A DNA stretch of 64,000 nt, from assembly GCA_965202585.1 (NCBI GenBank), contig OZ241831.1, forward strand, positions 50,034,001-50,098,000, written 5' to 3'. This DNA comes from Thalia democratica. Lineage: Eukaryota. The stretch's first letter is position 1. Each line of letters starts with the position of its first letter. Of the stretch, positions 45,288-53,329 are shown in pieces. A program made the position numbers and the translations under genes. Under the pieces are notes generated by a model that ran no database searches, was not told the origin of the DNA, and worked only from the letters and a program-made list of their open reading frames with translations.

Positions 45288-46691
45288 ATGCGCCAAGTCG
45301 CCAAGTCGCATTGTCTATTGATTTTATGTTGCTATAGAAATTCATTAGATCTCATAAGAAATCAATGCGTTTCGACACTGTTTCGAGGTCGTATGTTCAT
45401 CGTTTTCATAAACGCCTCTTGTTTTCTTATCGAAGTAGCTATGCCGAAGCTAGTATATATACGCGTCAGTTCGGTTGGAAGTGTGAATTTGTGTGCAAAA
45501 AGTCCAGAGAAAGAGAGCTCATATATTCGAAAAGAAGAGAATTATGCAAATTTTCGGACACAATTTTTTAATGATTTTGAGTCTACACCTGAAAGAGTTA
45601 GTGAAATCGACTGCGCAGAAACGAGTTTCACCGAAGGGAGTTTCTTCGACAAAGCGGCGTCCGGATTGGTTGAAATAGAGCGGGAGTGGGGCAGGCGACG
45701 GGCGTTTAAGAGGCACCTCGAGTCGCTGCTGATCCGGTGCGAGAAACTGAACAACGTCAGAAAGCACCACGAAAAGTACATTGCCGAGCAGAAGAATTTC
45801 AAGCAATTTTGCCGCGGCGTGGCGCTGAAGGAAGAGCACAATCGAATGCAGAAAGTCGCTTGGGAGTGGGCTTACAGGAAGGAGGGGGAAGCCAAGCTGG
45901 AGAACGTGTTCATCGGGTACTTTTCGTTTTTTCGAAAAATTTTCTTCGTGCAGAGCAGCTTGAGAGAAGAAGACAGGATCGCGCCCAATGGTTATTCTGT
46001 GCAGATCAACAACGAATTAAACGCGGCTACGGAAGCGTTTAAAAAGTTCAGTTCGGACAACGAGTTCTTTTTGAACAACGCCGCCATCAAGCCGAACTTT
46101 TTAGTGGACGAACTGCTGGGTTATGAGATAAACGCCGGCAACGTGCGCAACTTTTTCAACCACCGTGTGGCGAACGTGAGCAACTATTCACCCGACTACG
46201 AGTTCGACGTTCGAAACATGGTCCGTTTCGTCAACGGGGAGAGCAGAATGAAGTCCATGGTGCCTGAGGTGCAGCGGGTGAGCAGGAAGCTCACTGCAGG
46301 TAACAACTGCAAAATTTGCTTGAGTGAAGCAGAACGAGAGTTGAATTCACTGAACAGCAAATACGACTTTGAAAACATAAGCAACCGGATATCGAAAATC
46401 GTAGCGAGCGAGATTGAGTTTAGAGAAGCGATTGAAAATTTCGACAAAAAATACCAGGCCTTGTATTTTCTCAACACCAGCAACGTTGAATCTTTCGCGT
46501 ACAGAAACGGGCAGCTTGAGTTTCCGTTTTGCACGGTTTGCGTGAAGTACTTCAAGGTGGGGAAACCGGTGGTGAAGCTGCACTGCGGGCATAGCTTTCA
46601 CAAAAAGTGTTTCGTCACGTGGGTGGGAGAGAAGCACTCGCGGCTCGAACCGCCCACTTGCCCAATGTGCAGAGAAAATAGTTTTCTTTAG
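45288..46691 (+). CDS. Full-length intronless RING-H2 (C3H2C3) finger protein, putative E3 ubiquitin ligase, 467 aa; N-terminal region not recognised; true start may be a later Met (MFIVF or MPKLV)
   Basis: C415-x2-C418-x14-C433-x-H435-x2-H438-x2-C441-x16-C458-x2-C461 (nt 46530-46670), with the typical W445, P459 and R462. The ORF is uninterrupted and followed by an AT-rich 3' region with AATAAA. Confidence 0.9.
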   Translation: MRQVAKSHCLLILCCYRNSLDLIRNQCVSTLFRGRMFIVFINASCFLIEVAMPKLVYIRVSSVGSVNLCAKSPEKESSYIRKEENYANFRTQFFNDFESTPERVSEIDCAETSFTEGSFFDKAASGLVEIEREWGRRRAFKRHLESLLIRCEKLNNVRKHHEKYIAEQKNFKQFCRGVALKEEHNRMQKVAWEWAYRKEGEAKLENVFIGYFSFFRKIFFVQSSLREEDRIAPNGYSVQINNELNAATEAFKKFSSDNEFFLNNAAIKPNFLVDELLGYEINAGNVRNFFNHRVANVSNYSPDYEFDVRNMVRFVNGESRMKSMVPEVQRVSRKLTAGNNCKICLSEAERELNSLNSKYDFENISNRISKIVASEIEFREAIENFDKKYQALYFLNTSNVESFAYRNGQLEFPFCTVCVKYFKVGKPVVKLHCGHSFHKKCFVTWVGEKHSRLEPPTCPMCRENSFL

Positions 46692-46904
46692 CAGAAGCAA
46701 GTAAACAATGCTGTTTCTGCTCAACAAATCTTGAACAAGACTGATGAGAGTCCGGTGTTTTCTTTGTTAGTTTTATAAAAGTGTTTCGCTAATGAGTTTG
46801 TTCTCATTTTGAAGTGTTCTTAAATTCTATAATGCATCAACTTTCTATGACGATGTTTTCAGTTTATAACCGTTTTATTTCTATTAACCAGTTATAGGTA
46901 GTAG

Positions 46905-46910
46905 AATAAA
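46905..46910 (+). terminator. Candidate polyadenylation signal (AATAAA) of the RING-H2 gene
   Basis: Canonical hexamer ~215 nt after the TAG stop at 46691. The context is AT-rich, so chance occurrence is possible. Confidence 0.45.
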
Positions 46911-47937
46911 CGTATATCAACGTTAGTATACAAATTTTTATTTTCTAATTTTTGATTTTCAAAGTTGTATCTCTACATTTCTGGCTCAACTTAAACTCCT
47001 AGATAAGATTTATGTTAACAAAATGACGTCTTTCTTTAATTCTCTTTTTTTTTTTACAATACAAAAATATACACAAGTATATGAAGCTTTTAGACACTTA
47101 TAAAAGTATTTTTCAGTGAAAACTTATTAATTAAAATAAAATTGTTTATATATAAAAATAGTTATAAAAATATTATAAAAAAAGAACTATACGCTACTAA
47201 GAACAACATGACTTGTAATTTGCTTTACTACATAACGAAATCAGTTTACAAAAATTTAGCTGACTGACTGATTTTTTTTTGTCATTTTTATAACTCAATA
47301 TCTGGAGTAGACATAGGTTTAAGTTCAATAATATCAAATTCTTATTACACTTTTACAGTTTTATGATAACTGTTATTTTTCCTGGAGTTTAATTTAAAAC
47401 AGCAGTTTAAATAAGGTTGAAAAATTAATAGTTAAAAGTAAAAATAAAGTAGCGTAATATTTTACCTAATTAGAACTACCTGGAACTTGCAAAACACTTA
47501 AGAACATTCGTTTAACAAAAATTAAGTAACTTTATAAAGTGTGATTTTTATAGTGAAAATATTATCATAGGAAAGTTTTACATGAATTTTTTTTTTACTT
47601 AAACTGATATACAGTAAAAATCTGTTAAAAACAGTTTTAAACTTGGTAAAAAAGTTGTATTTTTTTAAAATTTTACCTGAATAAACAATATCTTGAAATT
47701 TAACACATTACTTAGTATTGATTGTCGCTTTAACTAAAAATAACACTTTTTGCGTCTTATATAACAAATGTTACAAGTTGAAATTAACAAACATCGTTCA
47801 AAACTACAAAAATTAACATTAAAACTTAATTGTAATCAGTCGAAAAAATTTCAATAAAAATATAGTTTCCAAAAAGTTTCCATGTTTATAAAATTCATAG
47901 ACACCATTTTTTAAAAGTAAAACGAAATGATTTATAT

Positions 47938-49739
47938 CAGGGTTTCCCAAACTCATTTTTTAAATCGCCCCCTTTTCAGAAATTCGGAAAATAATCGCCC
48001 CCCACGATTTTACAAAGTAGTTTTTCTCTTGAGTAGAAACTTTTGAGCCGAAAAAGTAGTGTTCGAAATGTAATTTAGTCTGGTACTTCTTATGCATGCA
48101 CTTTTGAGCTGTGTTCAAAGTAGTTTACAGGGCTTGAGAAAATAAGTTACATTTGTTTTCTTATAAGCCCAGTTAAGTGTAGATTATAATAATCAACGTA
48201 TAACTAGAAGTATTTCTAAAATGATAAAAGAAAACTTAGAACAAGTAAGTGATAATAGCGCTAAAAGTATAAGTAAAATGCATAACAATAAAACTATAAA
48301 TAAATATTCAAAACCAACTAACCCTAATAGTAATAAGTTAAGTAATATGCCTAAAACATGTAATTGCCGTAAACTAAACAAAGATAACTGCCCATTAAAA
48401 GGTAATTGTTTAATTAAAAATGTAATTTATAAAGTTAAAGTTGAAAGTAAGGGCCCAGGTAAAATTTATATCGGAAGTACAGCAGGTAGTTTCAAGGATA
48501 GATATGCTAATCATAAACATACTTTTAAAAATATAAATAAAAAACAAAGCACGCGTTTATCGGATTATGTCTGGAGCTTTTTTCACAGGTACGGTAAAAG
48601 GCCAAACATGGAGTGGAGTATTGTTTCAAAGATCAAACATGCATCCAACGGAGTAAGTAGAATTTGCCCAACTTGCAATACAGAAAGAGCAGTAATTGCA
48701 GCAGAAGATAAAGACCTACTTCTGAATAAGCGGCAAGATTTATCGAATATCTGTCCCCATAACCGACGATTCTACTTTAAATAACTCTGTCTATTTATGT
48801 ACTAATTTATTTCACAAAACTCACATATACTTGCAAGTTTAATACTTCATGTTTTTAAGCTGTATAAATTATTGAACAATTTGTTAAAATTATTATGACG
48901 TAACATTTCTGCACAACTCAATTTAATTTTTATTTTTAAAACCTGCCTATTCTTAGAGCTTTTTGAGGTTAGTGCCTACTTTTATTAAATTTGTTTTTTT
49001 TGTAGACAATTTTATAATTTTATGCTTTTATCCCAAACTTTGTTTTTAAACCATAAAGTCCATTTATAGTTACTACCAAGATAAATACTATACATAATTA
49101 TACATGCTTTTTTCTGCTTTTTTTTCTAATGTGTGTTAACATTTTATAGACTCCGTAGATCTGTTCTTAAATTTTTTTGAGAGCAGTGAAACGCCGTTAG
49201 TTGAAATAAAGTTTAAGCACAAGAACATCTGTTGTATACATTCCGATAAGCTTAGCTTATCAGGATCTCCAGGATTTAACGCCTTATAACGTTACATCTT
49301 ATAATATATAACATAGATTTTTATGAACAATTTATGATCTCAAATAACATATATGTCAGGTTATAAAATGGTGAGAGGGATTCCGATCGTCTATGATCTA
49401 TGTAATTGTTAAATAACAAAATATATGAATGAAAATATGTAATTTACTTGAAAGTAGGAGTCATAAGTACTTGATTTTTTTCTCTATATTTTACATAAAT
49501 AAAATAAACTTGTTTTTTTTAAGTTTTACTTCAGGGTCAAATATTTACTAGCAAGCTAAAGTTAGTAAATTAGCAATTTAAAAATTAAAAATTTTATGAC
49601 AGCCCAAAACTTCATAATCGCCCCCTTTTCGCCCCCTTACTAGTTATCGCCCACCCTTTCGCCCCCTTACTAATTATCGCCCCCCGACTTACTAAAATCG
49701 CCCCCAGGGGGGCGATATCGCCCACTTTGAGAAACCCTG
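47938..49739. mobile_element. Non-autonomous hAT-superfamily DNA transposon (Charlie/Buster-like termini), 1802 bp
   Basis: TIRs CAGGGTTTCCCAAACT (47938-47953) and reverse complement CAGGGTTTCTCAAAGT (49724-49739), 14/16 match. Perfect 8-bp TSD ATTTATAT at 47930-47937 and 49740-49747. Clustered subterminal (A)TCGCCCCC repeats at both ends. No transposase ORF. Confidence 0.92.
48221..48784 (+). CDS. GIY-YIG endonuclease of the Penelope-like retroelement type, 187 aa, no RT
   Basis: VIYKV...IYIGST...FKDRYANHK, with conserved Glu (CNTE) and Asn (LLNKR), an upstream CNC..CPL..NC Cys motif and a downstream CxxC...CPH, as in PLE endonucleases. AT-rich codons; lies wholly inside the hAT element. 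Confidence 0.85.
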   Translation: MIKENLEQVSDNSAKSISKMHNNKTINKYSKPTNPNSNKLSNMPKTCNCRKLNKDNCPLKGNCLIKNVIYKVKVESKGPGKIYIGSTAGSFKDRYANHKHTFKNINKKQSTRLSDYVWSFFHRYGKRPNMEWSIVSKIKHASNGVSRICPTCNTERAVIAAEDKDLLLNKRQDLSNICPHNRRFYFK

Positions 49740-50890
49740 ATTTATATATATGTATATTATAATTACACAAGTAGAGTTTTTTTATTTATTGAATATAGCA
49801 ACAAACTATACACAACCTTTTTAACTGCAAGATGTGTTAAGAATATAGCAAATTATAAAATGAACTTATTTATTTACAAGTAAAAAATAGTTTATATGTT
49901 CGTAAAATAAATGGTAAGTATAATAAATATTATTTGTTAAAACGTTTGAAATTGTTTAGTACTATATAAACTGAATTTTAAAACAAAACAAAGAATATAT
50001 GATTAAGTCTAACTTGACTTAAAAATTACACGACATAAAGCAAAATAACTTTTTTGTTCTCACAGAATTTTAGTCCTATTTAACTTAAAGTCGCTAAATG
50101 AAAAACATTAAGCTTAAAACTTTAACTTAATTCTTATTCTACAAAACTGTTACTATCCACTGTAATAACTAAGACAGAAATAATTTTTTCGCGATAATAT
50201 TAAATCAAAATTTTAAATACTATCAAACTTAGCCTAAGATTCAAAATATTTAAACATTTTCTTTGATAGTACTTTTTTAATAAGAACAGATTTTTTTCCT
50301 TAAAATTTTTATTTATAAACAAAAGTTTTGTCTTCTTTTAGTATAATTAATAAAATATAAAATAAAAACCATTAATGAGTCAATTTTGCTATTTTTCTGT
50401 AACATTTTTTATACATTGACAATTTCATACATTGATGGAATCTTAAGCAAGCAAGCTTTTTATGTTTATATAGTTTTATATCCTTGAAAAGACGATTAAA
50501 GGTATCAAGGTAGTGTGCTTTTTACATTATTTGATACATTTAAGTTAATAATATGAAAAATTGAATTAAAACAGTTAAGACTTTTGGTAAACTAAAGTAA
50601 ATTAGAATTTTAGTATAAGTTTTATATTTATGAAAAATAAAATTATTTTATGAATTGAACTAAACTATAAAGTCATTAAAAAAATCTAATATGCAAGGAA
50701 ACTTTAATAAACCATATAATATTTTTATTCTAATGGACTCATGTACCTTGCAATGATTAGTTAACTAAATTTTTATCATTCTTTTTCGTTTGACAAATTT
50801 TTATATATATTAAACATTCAAAACACAAGAAACTAAGTGAACGCTGAACCAGCTAAACTAATTGCGGAAAACAAGGTCTTTCCAAACTAA

Positions 50891-51142
50891 CTGGAACCGG
50901 ATCCGGCTAAATTCAGTTAGGATCCGGCCGGATCCATTTCCAAGCAAAGACTCCGGTTCCAGGCGGAAGTAGTTCTGGGTCTTGGATCCGGTAGAGTGGA
51001 TCCGCTAAATGTAACGAAAAGTAAAACATAGGTCTCGTTGGAACTAAAACTAAAATGGCGACCGGTGAAAACTGTTATTTTTAAGCTTTGCTTTTACAAA
51101 ATTTTGCGATCACTAAATGCCTGCCGACCAGGCATGGTAAGG
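50891..51142. promoter_or_regulatory. GC/CpG-rich island with nested inverted repeats and ETS- and YY1-like motifs; candidate promoter or decayed MITE core
   Basis: Palindromes CCGGATCCGG (50897-50906) and GGATCCGGCCGGATCC (50920-50935), plus two more GGATCC. GCGGAAGT at 50963-50970, AAAATGGCG at 51052-51060, ATG|GTAAGG at 51134-51142. Confidence 0.4.
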
Positions 51143-53143
51143 TTTGATAACCACTAATTACAGCTGTTTTATCACTATAGCAACTAGTCAGCTAAAGTAA
51201 CAAATTGTAGCTAATTCTTTTCTCATATTTTACATTGGATTAAATTTCATAACGTAATTTTTATTACTTTTGTTCTAAGAAATCGACTATAGTGTTAAAT
51301 CACATAAGTCTTATTTTACATTATACTTTTTTTTTACACTTTGATTATAAATTGAAATACTTTATAATAACATTTTTACATATTACCTTTTTTTTCAATA
51401 ACAAGAAATGAAGTTCTTTTTAAGTTATTTTAGCTTTAAAAAAAATGAAGTAGAAAACTATTTTCTTTTGTTAGTTTATCTTTTATTCAACATTATTATT
51501 AATTGATTCTTACTGTTTTTTGTTTAAATTTTTTAACTAAAATTAAGTACATAAGTTCTTCAAAATAAAACAAATTCAATTTTTTTTAATATGTTTATAG
51601 TTAATAATTTTTGATACATATTTTTTTTTAAATACTTTAATGTCTAATTTATAGTATATTAAAACAAGTTTTGTTTTGTGCATACATTGTCCACAAAGTC
51701 TTTTTTAAATCTTTCTACATTTAAGACATATTCAACCTAACTTAAGTAAATATTTAAATTTACTATTTAATAAAAAGTACCAAGACTAAACAAGACTAAA
51801 GTAGATTGTTAACTTGGGTAGTGGCAATGCATTAATTTAATCTAGTTAGTATTTTAGACCTTGGTGATACAAGTAAAACATTGTTGTAAAAATTAGATCA
51901 TCGATATTAAAAGTTTATTGAAATGGATAGGGTAAACTGGTAAATTTAAAGTTAGCGTGTAAAAATTAACTGGGTGTTACCAAAGTATAAGTAAAAAAAA
52001 ACGATTAAAAGTGTTTACATATTTTTAAACACTAGCGGAGCTAAAGAATGCAAATTGGGGTAGACAGAATTTTAATGTTGTGATTTAGGGTTCTTGGATT
52101 CGAAGTAGCGTGCCGATCACTGATCTACAGAATGAGAAAATCAATCTTAAGATAGAAGTACAATTACCATAGCTATTTTTTTAAAGTTTATTTTAATTTG
52201 AGATTAAAAAATCCTACAGTCGGGGAATTTTTGAAAGTGATCTATTTAACTTGCGACGCTTGTTACCATCACTGCTGCCGACCCCTTACAAAAACAGGAT
52301 TGGGATAGTTATCTATTTTTTTAATTTTTGAAACGTTCTTTCAGAGTTTAGTTGTGTTCGGTTGTTTGTAAGAAGTTTTTTTCAATTCGCTACACCAAAA
52401 CAAAGTTTGCTTAGAATTCGTATTTCATTTCTTTATTTTTAAACTAGAATACAATGATCAGTATTTAGGGTGTTGAATCTAAGTCCATATCAAATCAAAA
52501 TAAGTTATGAGTGTTAAACTAGCTTTGGATTTAGCATGATTTTTTTTTTGTTTAACACTTGATATGATAATTATTGATATTCAAACTAGGTTTATTCTTC
52601 ATTAACTAACTTATATCCTCTTAAGTTTATTAAATAATATATCTTAGAAACAAAAAACAACTAAATTGTAACTTTTACTTTTTAATACAGCCTTAATATT
52701 ATAAATAAAGTAAGGGAAAAAATTACTTTAATGAAGTAAAAACTATAAAGATTAATCACAAATATTGATTCAAATTAAATAAATTAAAAATTAAACACTA
52801 CAACAGATTTTGAAAAAATACTGAAAAATAAACCTAATTTATTCTAAATAACTAGATATCAATATTTTTTTTTTAAATTGTAGAATAATTCTTATTTTAT
52901 TTGCTGATAATCAGTTTAGTAATGTTAAACAACATAGAAGTGTTGATATACACTAAAAGCATAATGCAATAGTACATTTTGAGAGTAAAAGAGTTACTAA
53001 TGAAAAATAAAAAACACTTTTAAAATTTACTCAATAAAAAATTTACTTTTGTTTTAATTTTTCACACATTACACACTGACTAGCAATGAGACCGATTATT
53101 CTTAATTTTTTTTATCTATAGCTATACTTAAAATTTTTTAGAC

Positions 53144-53329
53144 CAGGGACTCCCAAACTGACTTTCGTAATGCCCCCTTGACATACTAAAAAATAACTGC
53201 CCCAATAATTAGTTATCGCTGATTTTACTGGTTGACTACTTTCTTCATTTTCGCCACCTTACTAACTAATGCCCCTGGTAACCAAAATTGCCCCTAAAAA
53301 GATGACATTACCATTTTTCGGAAACACAG
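53144..53329. mobile_element. Degenerate ~186-bp hAT-type MITE related to the 47938-49739 element
   Basis: Starts CAGGGACTCCCAAACT and ends TTTTCGGAAACACAG (decayed TIR). Internal GCCCC repeats. Flanks TTTTAGAC / CTTTATAC match 6/8 as an eroded 8-bp TSD. Confidence 0.7.

Larger units (their letters stand above)
1..46378 (+). repeat. Head-to-tail tandem array of ~1219-bp units, each a 3'-truncated copy of the RING-H2 gene; starts before the window
   Basis: The same unit recurs with ATGs at 351, 1570, 2789, 4008, 5228, 6447, 7655, 8873, 10079, 11298, 12504, 13723, 14942, 16161, 17380, 18591, 19810, 21021, 22240, 23451, 24670, 25889, 27108, 28319, 29532, 30745, 31958, 33171, 34389, 35608, 36827, 38046, 39265, 40484, 41685, 42886, 44087 and 45288. 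Spacing is 1201-1220 bp. Identity to the array ends after GAAAACAT at 46378. Confidence 0.98.

Noticed and set aside
1-46378. rDNA, histone or tRNA tandem cluster
   Set aside because: No rRNA, tRNA or histone sequence is recognisable. The unit is a partial copy of the adjacent RING gene.
46738-46790. Hammerhead ribozyme core (CTGATGAG at 46741)
   Set aside because: There is no properly placed GAAA or stem II pairing downstream.
49170-49212. Degenerate PLE hammerhead/pLTR (…TTGAGAGCAGTGAAACG…AATAAA) downstream of the GIY-YIG ORF
   Set aside because: The CUGANGA core is not intact and stem II cannot be formed by eye. A covariance-model search would be needed.
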